Origin: Octopus sinensis
Taxonomy: Eukaryota
DNA: 64,000 nucleotides
Assembly: GCF_006345805.1 (NCBI RefSeq)
Contig: NC_043019.1
Location: 8,431,360-8,495,359, forward strand
Direction of reading: 5' to 3'
Part shown: piece after piece, positions 1-15,399 of the stretch
Layout: each line of letters begins with the position of its first letter
Position numbering within the stretch: position 1 is the stretch's first letter
Position numbers and translations under genes: made by a program
The notes under the pieces: generated by a model
Told to the model about the DNA's origin: nothing
The model's input: the letters and a program-made list of their open reading frames with translations, nothing else
Database searches by the model: none

Positions 1-702
1 ATGGGTAGGGAAATTACGACCGATTCAAACCTAAGTGTTGGGATTTGACTGAAACGTTTCAAAGCCTTCATTCTGCTCGGCCGCAAACTGATGATGGGAA
101 GGTGTAAAAGATAAAATCATCAATAATCTTAGGCTTTCCTGCTTTGCATATTTATGCGATTTTAACCTTATTTTCCTCACAACATTTCACCAGCTGAAAA
201 TCCCTTGCCGCTTCTTTGCAGTTTCTTCGTATAATTTATGTGATTTTATTATATTTTTTTTTGCTTTAATAATTCGGCTTTGTGCTGTCCAAAGTTCCTT
301 GGGCCCTTGCGGCTAATAAAGGAAGCCATTATTATTTTCATAATCATTATTATTATCATTGCTATTGCCGTTTTGGGTGAAACAGTATAAATAATATATC
401 ATATATAAAAAATAACGAAAGGAAAATAAAAAAAGCACATTTATAGTATTGCACAAAAAACAACAAAAAAAAAGTCTCAGATGAAATGTGTGACATCAGC
501 TCCGTTACCAGACACCCGTATCAGATAAGTGAAGTGTGATAGCGTTTCATGTTATTATATGATAATTGCAGCGCCAGACAGTAATAATTTTAAATGATTG
601 ATTTACTTGCAAGATATAGTTATGTGTCTCTCCCTCTGTGTGTGGACGTGTACATATATGTCAGTGCGTTGGTGAATGCGTATATATGATTATGGATGTG
701 CC

Positions 703-734
<32 letters not shown>

Positions 735-824
735 CATACGTATATACATACATATATATATAGGTATTTGTTTATTAGCAGACAGGCATATATCTATATA
801 AAAAAAGATTGATTCATATTTCAT

Positions 825-883
825 ACATATATATATATATATGTGTGTGTCTCTGTATGTCAGTAAGTAAGTATATGTATGTA

Positions 884-914
<31 letters not shown>

Positions 915-1040
915 CTTTTATGTATAATATATATATTATATACATATATTCATATATAAACATACACACGTATACGTGTACATATATATTCATATATATA
1001 TTATATACATATACACATATATAAACATACACACGTATAC

Positions 1041-1090
<50 letters not shown>

Positions 1091-1150
1091 GTATGTGTGT
1101 GTGGTGTGTGTGTGTGTTGTGTTTGGTGTGTGTGCATGTGTGATGTGTGT
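825..1150. repeat. Compound (TA)n/(TG)n microsatellite region
   Basis: Direct reading; includes a short ~66-bp-spaced duplication of catacacacgtatacgtgta (961 and 1027). Confidence 0.95.
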
Positions 1151-2664
1151 GTATGTAGGGGTAAGTGTGGATAAATTCGAGATTCATTTACTCCATTCAA
1201 TGGTCATAGCTCCAACAAACCACTAATTAGTTGCAAAGCCCTTTCAGTAAATAAATGCCTCGATGAGATATAATATGATATAGGTTTTCAGATTTATGTT
1301 TGTCTACTTACTGCCGGTCATACGCGAAAAATACTTACACAGTTACACCGCACTACACACACACACATATATACAAACAACTGTGTGTGCTGTGTGTTTG
1401 TGCCTTTATATGTGTGCGTGGGTGCATGTGTCTAACGCTAGACTCTCATCCGTTACTACCATGGTTGTCACTTTTGATATTCCGGTTTAAGTTTTATAAA
1501 TGAAGAGAGAGAAGTGTTTGCAATCAGTGAAACTCTGTCTCGTAGGTTAGTTGATGTAAATTTTTGCACTTCCACGACATTTGATAGGTTAGGTAGACAT
1601 CAAAGCGAGATAATAAAACCTAATCGTAAAATTTGGCTTTGGTCAAGTTCAGGGCAAGCGTTTTTAGTGGGAAACTGTATTAGATTCACTTTGCATCCGC
1701 AATGAAAGGACATTGTGGTCTCCACCTGATTTGATTCGATCAGTTTGTGTCAAAGAGCAACGTTCTATTCACCGTCTTTGTTTCATTCATTCATTGCGAT
1801 CAATCTTGGACAATCGCGACATAAATATATATGCACACACATATATATATACCAACGTACACATATACCCACACATGCATATACCATCACATGCATATAC
1901 CAACGCACATATATACATATATAACAATATATATATAGAAATATATGGATTTCTTTCTCTCTCTCTCTTTCTCCTGTATATATGTACACTGTGTATGATC
2001 ATGCGTATGAATAGATAAATATAGTGACAGATAGGTAAATAGACAAATATTTATAAAATTGAATAGCAAATGTGTTGAACACGAATTACTTTTGTTTGTC
2101 CACTCAATCGTAAATATATATATATATATTTATAATATATATATATATATACCTATGTATAGGTGTGTGTGTATGTATGTATATATATATATATTTATAA
2201 ATATATATATACATGTAGTTATGAGTCTAATATCTGTGTGCACATATATATATATACATATATATATATATTTATGTGTGTGTATATTGTGTTGTTGCTA
2301 ACAAAAATCCCATACAATTACTCGGAGGAGTTTCACTTGATTGATCTGCAGACAGCAATGAACTTTTAGATCAATGCAATTGTTTAAAACAGATAAAAAT
2401 GAAAGTTATTTGCAAATAATCAAACAAACACTTGAAGCTGATTGGACAGGTGTTATGACATGTCAAAATTAATGGAATCTGTTTCATCATACGAAATACA
2501 ATATCAAAATTAATAACGAGAGACACAAAATTGAATAGGAAAAGAAAAAAAAAACTAAATCAATAAGGGAGATACTTTCGGTATTTACTGCTAAGAAACA
2601 GTTCAGGAAATAATCTTTGACTAATTTAATGCACAGTCTGGAAACAAGTCAAGAATAAACATCT

Positions 2665-2999
2665 GGTGGCTGCGTAGTAAGTAGTTTAACTACCAACCAT
2701 ATGATTTTGATTTCAATGCTACAATATCGCACCTTGGGCAAGTGTCTTCTATAATAGCCCTCAACCAACCAAAGACTTGTGAGTAGATCTGGTTAAGGAA
2801 AACTGAAATGAACCTGTCATGTATATGCGTGTGTTTGTCCCCACGTCAAATGGTCTTGCTGTGTTAGCGGTTCGATAAAAAGGAGCGATAAATTACCAGG
2901 TTCAACAACATAAAAGCTGGAGTTCATTGATTCAACAAAAATTTCTTCTTGTCGGTGCCACAGCATGTTCGCCGTCTAATGAACGAAACAAGCAAAAAG
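2665..2999 (+). mobile_element. Degenerate tRNA-derived SINE, family A
   Basis: Contains ccttgggcaagtgtcttct and aactgaaatgaacctgtc blocks and a 3' tail colinear with the better-preserved copy at 16129-16541. Confidence 0.75.
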
Positions 3000-4879
3000 T
3001 GAAAAGAGAAAATGGTTAATGAGAAATATATAAACAAATTTGATAAAGTAAAAAGAGTGACTCTGTAATGGGAGAAAAGAAATGGTTGAGAAATAATTAC
3101 ATTGTGATAGAAACAAAAAGAATAGCTGAGATGATTTGAAATATTACATAGCGATGTTAGTATACAACATCAGTTTAAGTGCAAGATGCAGACATAAGGA
3201 CGAAGAATACGTAGAGGCGATTAGAAGACATACCTTAGATTTTAGATATAGTGTAGAAAGCGAAAAATAAAATAAGCGTTGTGTGTGGGTTTTTTTTTCT
3301 TTTAAATATCGAGCTTCATTGAAATGAAGGTAGGAACAACATACTGACACTAAAGAAGCAATGTTTTTTATGAAGAAAATGTCCAGGCGAAAAAGGACAA
3401 AATCGATATGTATTTCTACAATACTGTTTGAATTGTTCTAATGATTTTGGGTCATCTTTTCCTTCTGATCCCAAAAAATTTAAACTGTATTTTATCCGTT
3501 AATGGTGGCCAATCTTTTATTCCATGGTCTTTCTTTGAACTCTAGCCCACGCAGTACACAATAGGACTATTTGTTTTAGTACCCCACTTTACTCAAGTTT
3601 TCATTACTGCATTTAATACATCCTTTCTACTCGCCACTATCACCTCTTCTTTTACGCGTGCACACATAAAAATGCACACCACATACACTCACACAAGAGT
3701 ATTTAAAGTTATTAAGGATTAATGTTTAAAAATTAATTTATTCTGTTATAGAAAATACCGCCTGAACGTTTTTCAAAAGCATTGAACCACGATGGAGATA
3801 TTCTCATGTGTTAGGCATCAGCAGTACACTAGAGGCTAACCAGGTCGGGCGATCGCTTGTTAGAGATTTCTATTGCACAATATGAGTTTCGGATATGTTT
3901 TAGTCACCCTAATTAACAAAGTTTAAAAGTAAATGAACGTAGCAAAATATCGTGTGCCTTTGGGTCAGTATTTGATCCCCACACCGACTGACCATCGCTG
4001 ATGATAGGTTCCCGTTCATGTAACATAGCGGTCCAGCTAAAGAAAATGCTTGTTGCTGTCTCTTGCTTGAAAACATAGATCTAAAACATGTTTTTCTGCA
4101 TACGAGATCAGTAATTGTGTGTCGCTTAAAGAATATATAGTATTTGCGAGTGGAGATAGCTTTCGTCACTAGCTGTGTGATTCTCTCAACCCTGAAGACG
4201 GGTAACATCCAGAGACCAAGGTCTGTGAGAGCGATGGTATTCCTTGTAAATGCTATATAAGGACACAGACTGTGTGTCATTAGCCAGCTGGAAAAATTGC
4301 TAAAACAACAGTAGCATCGTCCCTTACAGGACTACCGCGCTATGTTAGCATGTAGACATGACTCTAACAGGATGATTCTCCCACTAAACATTTACTTTTT
4401 TTCATAGAAATAATTTCTCCTTTAATTTCAAAGTTAACAAATGTCGTATAAGTATTCTTTCTCCATGCAACAAAGGTAAATATTGCTGACTTGATATATT
4501 TCTGTTAGATATTCACTTATTCGTTCTTTAATCACTTTCATTTGTCGAATTCAGGAGGGAGATCCACTCGGTTTCGTCTATTTTAGATATATGGAGTGAG
4601 AAATGAGTTCATTCTTTAAATTCCACATACACCCTACAAACGCACTGATCTTTGAGATGTGAGAATTTCCTCTGAACTTGCCAACCAAATACAGTTCCAC
4701 TTTCAGAAATGTCAAGAAATATTGCCTAACCTTTAATGTTATTTTAAACTGAAATTTGACATCTTCGTTGACACAGAAATGCATAGAGTCCACAGCTCGG
4801 GAAACGGTCGTAACACGTTTGGCAACATGTTCCTCTGTAAGTTATACCGATCTATATAATCGAAAGCGTGAGTATGTGT

Positions 4880-4883
4880 TTTT

Positions 4884-4941
<58 letters not shown>

Positions 4942-4958
4942 TGTGCGTGTGTGTGTGT

Positions 4959-4995
<37 letters not shown>
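4880..4995. repeat. (TG)n/(TGCG)n microsatellite
   Basis: Direct reading. Confidence 0.95.
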
Positions 4996-4996
<1 letters not shown>

Positions 4997-5784
4997 AGTT
5001 TGTTTAAGTTGGGTATAGAACAGTCCGCTGCCAAATATTTATCATGGTATAGCATTCAGATATAATTCACGTGTAACTAGTGAAAAATCTAAGAGAAGAA
5101 TAAAAATGAAAGGAACCAGAATTGAACTGGGCAGCGTCTGAAGTACGTGAGTAATTGCGAAGAGAGTGCGAGTTTGTGTCAATTAACAAGCACGTGAGAG
5201 AGTTGAAACAGAATCAGCTGGAATACTACAAGCATGATGAAGCGAACAGAATCCCCACAAAAAAATATTTGAGAAATATGATATACTTAAAAAGAAACGA
5301 AAAATTAGTTACTAGGTTAGAGAGGACTTTATTTTTTCTAAAATTCTGAAAGAGAAAACAACGAAAAAAAAATCGATAAAGAATATGAAATAGCGTCAAA
5401 ATGAGACGGGAATAAATAGTCAACAAGTCTGGAGAAAGAATTGAATGTGTAGATGTTTGTATGTATTTATATTTATAATAGACATACAAACAATATCTCT
5501 ATGTACGTATGTGTGTAAGCGTATATATACAGACATATATATATATATATATATATACATATATGCATACACACATATAGTTATGTACACACACATACAT
5601 TATATATATAATATATATATATATGAATATATACATATGTATATATGAATATATATATATATGCATGAATATATACGTATGTATGTAAACATACATATGT
5701 TAGTCTGTCTGTGTGTGTGTATGTATGTTATATACCCACGCATATATATTTATATACATATATACATATTTATATATTTGTGTG

Positions 5785-5835
<51 letters not shown>

Positions 5836-6682
5836 TGTATATGTATATATATATGTGTGTGTGTGGTGTGTGTGTGTGTTAATATAGGCCTCTTATGTGA
5901 GAGTATGAGTATGCGCTTCGCTATCGATGCTTGTATGTTCTTGTGTAGGTCACATCGTGTGTTTGTGTGTGTTTGTGCGTGTGTACGTGTGTGCGTGCGC
6001 ATTTGCGTATGTGTTTACGAGAAAGAGAGAGAATGTTTGTATGTGTGGCTGTGCTAATATATTCTCACAGATTGTGAGATAGATTAAATAAGAGAGACCG
6101 AGCGAGAGACGAAGCAGGAATAAAGAGAAATTGAGGAAACAAACTTTTAATCTCGAGACGGAATTCTTGATATTCGAAAGTTCTGTGAATTAGTTTCTGT
6201 TAGAGAGCCAAATTGAGGAAAGTAAATTGAATTTGGTTGAAATTGCAGACTTAATATCGAAAGATGAACGAGATAAGAAGAAAACGTTACCGATGCAAGA
6301 ATGCTTCTTTCGATAGAGTCAAATAGTGCTAATGGTTTTATATTTGCAAAAGACCAGCAACAAAGGAAACAACCAAAGAACGATTACAGAAATGGCACTA
6401 ATCTTTGGATCTTTCTTTTTCTTTTATATATGATTATCGTTTTGCTCATTTCATTACATTGACTCTGGCCATGATGTAGCAATGATTTCGCTGATTATAG
6501 AAAAATTTAATGCCACGAATACTTAATACTAAATGTAGTTATGCCAGCCAATGAAATGGCTGTCTTTACCTGGGTTATTTACCCTTTAATAAATTGATTA
6601 TATGGAATGTTTTGTATAATGCAAAATAGTTGCGTCGATTTAAGCGCATACAGATTAGCCTTGACTACATATAATCATACAC

Positions 6683-6728
<46 letters not shown>

Positions 6729-6730
<2 letters not shown>

Positions 6731-6838
6731 GTACGCTCGAAACGTTAAATCCCGAGTTTCCCCCTTTCCTTCCTTTCCTGAGCGTCTGATAATACACTAC
6801 TTGTACCACGTTCTCGCGTTGTTTTTTCTTGTTTGTAT

Positions 6839-6843
<5 letters not shown>
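6729..6843 (+). mobile_element. 5'-truncated (TA)n-embedded repeat with partial hammerhead-like motif (Penelope-like terminal repeat remnant)
   Basis: gctcgaaacgttaaa plus ccacgttctcgcgttgtt, shared with 10745-10927; (TA)n on both sides. Confidence 0.5.
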
Positions 6844-6879
<36 letters not shown>

Positions 6880-7839
6880 ATATATAGTGTGTGTGGTGTG
6901 TGTGTGTGTGTGGTGTGTGTGTGTGTGTACAGACACGTGGTTAAATAAATTAGAATACGAGATAAAGACATGGTATGCGTTAAATAAAGAATGTAAATAT
7001 ATTATATTAATTCTGTTGATTCGCAGAGAAAAGCAGAAGAGAAGCTATTACGGGACATTGGCACGGTTTGTTGACTGCATCTCAAAAGAAGTACGCCAGA
7101 TTCCTTATCCAATCAATAGCAGAGATATGCAATTCTGAAAGCAGTAATGAATTGAGCCATCACAGTGTTGGACAAATGATTTAAAATCTTCGTAGTTTTG
7201 GCGGCTCGATGTTAATTGAGCGACGTCTCTCCGCAACAGTCCGAAAATCGGGAATCGGTTAAAATTCAGTAGTCTATAATCTCGCTGTATCTCAAATACG
7301 TATATGAAGACGAACTACTGATGTACAGTGAAAGGTCAGTAGCAGTCCTCAGACTGGCAATTTCATTGCATGCTCACTGCTCATCAAAATAGAATTACGT
7401 ATGCTCCGTTACCAAATTCATAGAATTGCTCTGCTATGCATTATGCAAACCTAAATTAGAACAAAAGGGTCTGAGTGAATAGATTACCCTACATATTTCT
7501 TCTCTTCGCTGAGGTTATAAAATAAAAGTAAACATCAATGAATCTATTTAGGAGCCAAATTAAACGAATGAGACAGAGTGGAAGACGTTTTAGGAATAAA
7601 TAGAAATTGATGGAGCAACGTTTTTGGAAACGACATGGATCAAACGAAGTGTAATTATATGAAAAGACGCTGAGTGATACGAAGAGACGCTGTGGGTTAT
7701 ATAATAATTTAAAGCAATTTTCTCCGTATGATTGATGTTCAGAAAAATGGGAGGGTTTCTCTTCTGATAGATCATTAAACGAGGGATCATACACTTTTCT
7801 GAGAGAAAGGAGAAAGTACCCTGCCTTCATTTACGATCA

Positions 7840-7920
<81 letters not shown>

Positions 7921-8836
7921 CATACATACGGACACGTACATGTATGTGTTTGTATGCTTAGGAACATGAAAAGCAACAATGCATGACGTGTTTAGTGGTT
8001 TCATTCTCTTTTTATTTCAGTCCGGGAAGAAAAATAATTGTTATTCATGGATAGCTTATTGATTCGGAGTGAGTTCGCCTCTGGATTGGTGAATGCAAAA
8101 TGTGGGTTTGGGAAGAATTTGTTCCAGTTCAGCGTTTTGTTTTTACCCGTTTCTAGATCCGTGTGCCTTTGTCTGTATATTGAGAGTTATTAAAGAGCAA
8201 GTTTTAGTTAGAAGAAATTTGATGTTAGAAGTTAGAAGAATTTGCATTGAAAGATAATAATTTATAAGAGATTCATACGTTACGGCGTGTTCAAGGAATA
8301 TACCAACCACCATTTAGACAAGGTGTGCATGGCACTTTCAGCTGTCCTCGATCGCTTGATTCGAATGGAAAAATAAAGACAAGATCGTAGGCTTTTCTTC
8401 TACATTGACGCAATATAAATACTGTCAGTGACTAAGTTGTGGGTGGGAAAATAGACAATAAAATATTTCCTTCCGTTATGTTATATAAAGTGATCGCAGA
8501 ATAAATTTAGAGAACGTAGCGGAATAAATGTCGTTTTCGTTCTTTAATATGCATAACATGGCTCGAGCGAAAATATATCCAGATTTTCACAAACGTTATA
8601 GCATTGGCGAATTAAAATAAGCATCTGCATACATATACATACACACGCACACAGATACAGATACACACATAAGAACACACATAGACACATACGCACACAG
8701 CCACAGATACACACACACACAGAGATATACACACACACATATATATATATACATACTTAAAAACAAGGATTTTCATAATTTCCCTAGAAGCGAATACGTA
8801 CCATATGGTCACAAAATTAGATGTTTAATTTAAAAG

Positions 8837-8875
<39 letters not shown>

Positions 8876-9117
8876 ATATAATGACACTAAGTGAAAGTAA
8901 AAATGTATGTTTTGAATCGAAAATGCAAAAGTATGGATTCCTGCCAAAATATTTACAGTGGATTAAAAACTGAATTTTACGTGTGCACATGTGACCGTAT
9001 CTGTATACATATGCATATGAGTGTATAATTATGAATGCCCAAAATTTGTCTGACTAATGTTACTATGGACATGTTTGGGTTCAAAAGACAAGTGCTCAAA
9101 TATAAATGAGACTAAGA

Positions 9118-10730
9118 TAAAGAAGCATTGCTTAGGGTACGAACATCAAATCTGGGGCAACGACCTAACATACAACCCCACCCCTCAGGCATTTAATCAC
9201 ATATAAAAAATCACTATCGTTCACAAACACATACAAATAATACATAAAATCACAGAAGGTAAAAGTATATAATCGAATAAAATACAAATTGAACGGCCGA
9301 TCGAAAATGCTAAATATAAACGGCTAAAAATTCAAAAACTACCAAAAAAACTAATAGACAATATATAAAATAAGTAAAAGTAAAAATATAACTAAAATAA
9401 ATATCCACCGATTTATCAAATGATTAAAATATTTTTAAAAAATTAAAAGTCTTTTTTTTTTTAATATTTGAAAAGATATTTGAAAAAGTCTTTGACCTAC
9501 CGCATACGAGTACATCCAAAGTTCATAGGTAAACATACTTTCACAGGTAAAATTCACATACATCGTGTAAAAAGTATTTTAATCCCTCCACACAAGTACG
9601 TCCAAAAGTTCACAATGAGCAGACTTCACAGGTCAAATTAAACATTCGCATATACATGTATCTATGGCGATTTCGGGAGCTGACCACCGTAGGTTTATTT
9701 ACACTAAAGTGTAACACAATGCGAAGACCACGTCCCGCCCCCCATCAAGAAAAAACAGGAAACATGAGACCCGCACAGATCAACATTTTTATGAAGAAAA
9801 GCTGATACTCTTATGAAAAAAGCTTATATATTTTAAAAGAAAAACCCGTCAACGGACCAGTCCAAATTTCTAATTAAAAAAAGTCTATTGCTAAACAGTT
9901 AAGTGGCTGCAGTTAACAGAAATTCAACGTCACCGGTTTCAAATCTCGGTAACGCTAAACAATTTTATTACATCTACTTTTATTTCTATACACTTTCAAA
10001 ACGGTGGACGAAAACCTATGGTTGCAAAAAGGAATCACCTCAGTAAATCTATTCAAACTTTTTGGCCCAAAAGGCTTAATGGATGGCAAGGGATTCGTTT
10101 ACACACAACTTATTTATATTTACACTGAAGTAAGGGTCTCTCGAAATAATGGACCATTCCAGAGAATAACTCTAATTATTCCTCTTTAAGATGCAAGTGT
10201 GGTAGAGCTAGCGTATTTTTCATTTTGAAAACCAGCTCATGTCAGCCCTAAACCTAACCTTACTATTTACCGTACTACCTATACAAAAATTATCTAAATT
10301 ATCCTCATCCTTGATAATGCATTTATAAATTGCATTAATAATTAGACAGACTCCCATCAAGGAGACTTATTTGTATAAAGGAAGTACAAGACTTTTTCAA
10401 ATATTCTTTTTAATGTTTTTGAATTAAAAAAACTGTTTTAATTGCCTCATACAACTTTTTTTAGTCGGTGAATATTTATTTTAGTTTACTTATTCTATAT
10501 TTGTCTATTGAGTTTTTCGGTAGTTTTTGAATTTTTAGCCGTTTATTTTTAGCATCTTTGATTGGCCGTTCTATTTGTATTTTATTCGATTATATACTTT
10601 TACCTTCTGTGATTTTATGTATATGCATTATTTGTATGTGTTTGTGCGCCAAGATGATTTTTTTATTTGAGGGGTGTTGCTGTATGTAAAGTCTTTCACC
10701 CAAACTTGTTCTGTAACCAATGCTCCTTTA
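9118..10730. mobile_element. Non-autonomous foldback/MITE-like DNA element with ~350-bp terminal inverted repeats
   Basis: 9241-9289 is the exact reverse complement of 10573-10621 (49 bp); similarity extends across about 9118-9492 versus 10387-10730; no transposase ORF inside. Confidence 0.85.
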
Positions 10731-10744
10731 TATATATATATATA

Positions 10745-10927
10745 TGGACCACGTGTGTACCGTAGGCGATTTTTTCCTCCGTCTTCCCTTCTTTGAATCT
10801 TTCCTTTTCCTATGTTTCTGACAAAGAGCTCCGTTCGAAATGCTAAACCCTCCTTCTTTCCTGGTCGTCTTGTTCCACGTCCTCGCGTTGTTGTGTTTTC
10901 TCTTTGTGTTTTCATGTTTGGATTAAC
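10745..10927 (+). mobile_element. (TA)n-embedded repeat with degenerate minimal hammerhead motif (Penelope-like terminal repeat remnant)
   Basis: 10814-10848 parses as gttt-CTGACAA-a-gagc/tcc/gttc-GAAA-tgct-aaac. Confidence 0.55.
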
Positions 10928-10996
<69 letters not shown>

Positions 10997-11122
10997 ATGC
11001 ATGTACTGTTGCATCGTTTCGTCTTGCAACCTTTTCAATAGTCTTGACACTGTCCGTTATTTACACTGCGTTTCTTTTTGTTTGTTTGTGCGCTTGTGTG
11101 TGTCTACGCATATGTATGCATG

Positions 11123-11154
<32 letters not shown>

Positions 11155-12698
11155 TGTTTGTGTGTGTGTGCATCTGTATGTATCTATACATACATGGAGA
11201 CTGACACACATGATCATATATACACACACGCACACTTTACTCCACACAATGACATATATGGAGACACGGATCCACACATATAGAGATGCACATCTATCTA
11301 TACATACAAACATGGCGCATAGTTGCATAACACACACACATACACAGACATGCACACACAAGGAGACAGAGTTGCATACATATACAAACACACGCTCACA
11401 CACACACATACATAGAAAATACACAAAGACGGACATGCAAGCACATGACGCACGAGTCACAACTAATGGTTGCAACACTGCTTGTTACTTAACAATTAAT
11501 AATTAAATTAATTTAAAAAATTCCAAACGTCGCTAGTCTGTGGTTATGGCTTCACATACATTTTGTATATCTTCTACTGTTTGTGCTTTTCATGGATACT
11601 TACATTTCAGGATTTAAATATAATTAAATGCAACGCTTATCTTTGCTGCAAGACGGTCTAGTTTTTGCAGCGGAGAATGCAAGTTAAGTGAAATTAAAGA
11701 TGACAGAATTAATAGCAGTAAGAATTGAAGGACGTTGCCGACATTTAGGGTGCAATTACATTGCAAATGTCTGTGAATGTTTGGAGTTACTCAGGTCGCA
11801 AAGTGGACAGCCATCATTTCGAAAAAAATGACACAATTGTCCAGTTCTAGAGACATTGGTTTAGATCTAAAGCAATCAAACATGATATTGGTGAAGATCC
11901 ACAATGCTCTGCCTCGGCTGGATGAACAGGATCTGCTGACAGGGTTGTCAACTAAAACCAAAGGGATTCTAAAAGGGTGAATCCCGAAATACTAACAATG
12001 TGTGACAGTTTGTGTATGTGTGAGTGTTAGGTGATCTGTATACAAATATGTATACGTATACATGTAAGTGCATTTATACATATATATGTATATGTATATA
12101 TATGAGTGTATGTGAATGTATGCCTTAACATGTCTATATGAGTGTACAAACACACACAGAGACACATACACACATGCATCGATTACACAAATACTCTCAT
12201 GTACGTTATTAGACATATCGCAGATGTATATGCATATCTATATGTACATATATATACATACATACATATATATATATATAATATATAAATATATATATAT
12301 ATACATATATATATATATGCCCAACCCCCATGGGTATACTTGCAGACGCTCATTAATGCTTCTACGCAATTTGTACTCATACATTTCTGCTAATTTGGTT
12401 CCGAAATGTCTCAGATTCTACAAAGAACGTGATTCGAGAGATTCAGAAATTTCCTAGTACAAATGTATATAAACACACATTTCACAATAGATGGCGACAC
12501 ACATATCTACACACACACACACACATATATAGTTAGTTGCATGTGTGTACATATATGTCTATTTCTTTATCGTTGCATGCACATATATATACATACATAC
12601 ATACATACATATATATTATATATATATATATATATACACACATAAGTGTGTATGCATGTATTATATTGCACACAATGGCATACAAAACACAGATACAT

Positions 12699-12779
<81 letters not shown>

Positions 12780-12994
12780 CAAACACACAAATACACACAC
12801 ACATATATATATAATTTCATCTACGCCAGCCAGCTAGCCTTTCGCGTTAGACGTTACTTATCTAATTATTAATGAGTGTATAATGAATGATTTTGGCGGC
12901 TTAGTTGAATCGGATCGATGAATAAAATCAATACAATCACATAACAGACACAGGAATCGGCCTGGAGCTGAAATGGGAGTGACTGAATTGAATA

Positions 12995-13070
12995 CCTAAC
13001 TTAGCAGAGAGAGAGAGAAAGGAGAGGGAGAGAAAAGGAGAGAATAAAGAGAGAGGAGTGAAGAGAGAGA

Positions 13071-13107
<37 letters not shown>

Positions 13108-13170
13108 GAGATAGATAGATTGACTACAGAGATAGCGACAGAGGGAGAGCGTGGGAGAAACAATGAGAAA
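12995..13170. repeat. (GA)-rich polypurine tract
   Basis: Direct reading. Confidence 0.9.
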
Positions 13171-13235
13171 GAGGTAATTTCGAGCAATATACTTGGAGAC
13201 TGATATATACATATAAGCATACATACATTCATGCA

Positions 13236-13286
<51 letters not shown>

Positions 13287-13356
13287 CGTGTGTGTATATG
13301 TATACATATATATGTGTGTGTGTGTGTATGTATATATATATACATGTTTGTGCTTT

Positions 13357-13404
<48 letters not shown>

Positions 13405-14078
13405 TATAAATGAGTGTGTGTGTGAGAGAGTGTGTGAGTATATGAGTTTCTACACATTGACAGAAGAATATATCTCCCAGTATGTAGACTATGATTCATA
13501 AATGCGTAGAGAGACATAAGCGAACGGTAAAAGAGGGTAAATAAATGAATACGGGAACGGGAGTGAGAGAGAATTGATTGAGTTCGTTGGATATTGCACT
13601 GTACATATAATGACGTATAGAGCTTGAATACGAGAGAGAGAGAGAGATAGGTGTACAGAGGGGAGAGAGAGAGAGATAAAGAATGATGGTTGGGGGGGAC
13701 GTGTGACGGTATGTTCTGACAGAAGACGAGCGTTGTAGTGTCTAAGACTCTAAGCAAATTGTCTGATTGTTAGAGTTCAGTAGTGATGAATACAATCAGC
13801 GTATTATTGGACACACAAAACGTGACGAATTGTTTCTTCAATCAGGTTCCTTGTTGAAATGTTCTTGTATTGAGATTCGGAGAAAAATTAATCAGACGCT
13901 TATGACTTACTAATGAATTAGAAATTTGAAGTGTATTATACATTAAAGACTAAACGATATCGTAGCAGACGACCGGGCTGCAGATGCACACATACACGCG
14001 TGCATATATGTATATATATACACACATACACACGTAGATATGTTTGCATTCATACACGCATTCATACGTATATATATA

Positions 14079-14123
<45 letters not shown>

Positions 14124-14459
14124 GTATATGTGCATGCATATACAAATTATACATATATACACATGCAATCATATGAATCTGAACACATACAACACACACA
14201 CACACACACATATATATAATATATATATATATATTATATATATTATTGATGAATTGTTCGATAGAGAGAGCTTTTGATATACACGCATTCACGCACACAC
14301 ACACACGCGCGCACACTGACACACAGACACACTTTTTTGTGTGTTTATAAATGTATGTATATTTAAGAAATGACAAATTGTTGCTGATGAATGAAGCACG
14401 CCATTGTTAGTAGAATCAGTTCAGACGGAATAAGTGCAAGGTAAGCGAAAAATTGAAAT

Positions 14460-14508
14460 GCTAACAACAACAACAACAACAATAATAATAATAATGATGA
14501 TGATGATG

Positions 14509-14571
<63 letters not shown>

Positions 14572-14576
14572 GTAAT

Positions 14577-14631
<55 letters not shown>
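14460..14631. repeat. (AAC)n/(AAT)n microsatellite
   Basis: Direct reading. Confidence 0.95.
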
Positions 14632-14633
<2 letters not shown>

Positions 14634-15128
14634 GTGTTATCATGTACATTGTTTTGTCTTAGTATAAAAGATGGGCTACAACAAATATTCTGCTCAATAC
14701 CACAGATTTGCTTGTCAGTTGTTTGACTTTAACTCGTTGAGCATGACCCTTAGTGGCTGACGATATGTGCATCTCTGATAACGAGCAGAAGTAGTGGGGG
14801 AGCATCATGGTCGTGTGTTGAGAGGGATTCTTTGGGGTTTGAATAATTCACCTATGGAAACATGGGTGGTCCTTTCAACATCCTTAAATAACCCTTATTC
14901 AGGGACCTTTTGAGCGGGATGGGCTACTCAACCTGAAGAAAATTCTAACTGGGCCCCACTTGCAAGGTCATGCGCTGTTTATCTTGATACGAGATCACCA
15001 TGTTGCGCATATATGGTTGTGATGCATGTGCCTGGTGTACCCTTATCAGACGGGTAGTCATGATGGGTATATTGGGCTTCGTATATTTTACCCGTGTCAC
15101 TTTAATGGCATGAACTGCTCTCTCACTC
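14632..15128 (+). mobile_element. (AAT)n-flanked non-coding interspersed repeat, longest copy
   Basis: Colinear with 34470-34844, 27507-27637 and 40611-40783; ends tgctctctcactc followed by (aat)n. Confidence 0.8.
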
Positions 15129-15184
15129 AATAATAATAATAATAAGGATATTAATAATGACGTTGTTGATGATGATGATGATGA

Positions 15185-15362
15185 GTAACTGTTATCCCAG
15201 TAGTGTCTCTCGAAGCACTAAGGACTTGTTTGGAGAAATATGTCAGAGAACTTGGGATTGATATGAACACAGAGTGCCCTTCCCTCTCACTACAAAACAA
15301 AAAAGCGCTGTATTGTGGATAGATAAGATTTTGAGGTTGACCCTTGGTCGTTGAGTGACTTC
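15185..15362 (+). mobile_element. R4/Dong-like LINE C-terminal fragment, frameshifted
   Basis: Translates VTVIPVVSLEALRTCLEKYVRELGID... then, after a frameshift, QKSAVLWIDKILR, resembling the IPVV.GALG...QK.ALLGT..ILR end of RLE-clade ORFs. Confidence 0.5.
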
Positions 15363-15399
15363 AAATATAATTTAACATTCATGTATCAAAGCATATAAT

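Noticed and set aside
41-110. Minus-strand gaatgaaggctttgaaacgtttc and plus-strand ctgatga, possible hammerhead pieces
   Set aside because: The core and stem II cannot be completed in either orientation, and the element is cut by the window edge.
7027-7075. RKAEEKLLRDIGT after a possible acceptor, reminiscent of the N-terminal helix of Cys-loop receptors
   Set aside because: Weak donor, a stop follows immediately, and no other receptor exons were found.
14900-14980. Possible HDV-like ribozyme within the (AAT)n-flanked element
   Set aside because: I could not build the nested double pseudoknot by hand on either strand.
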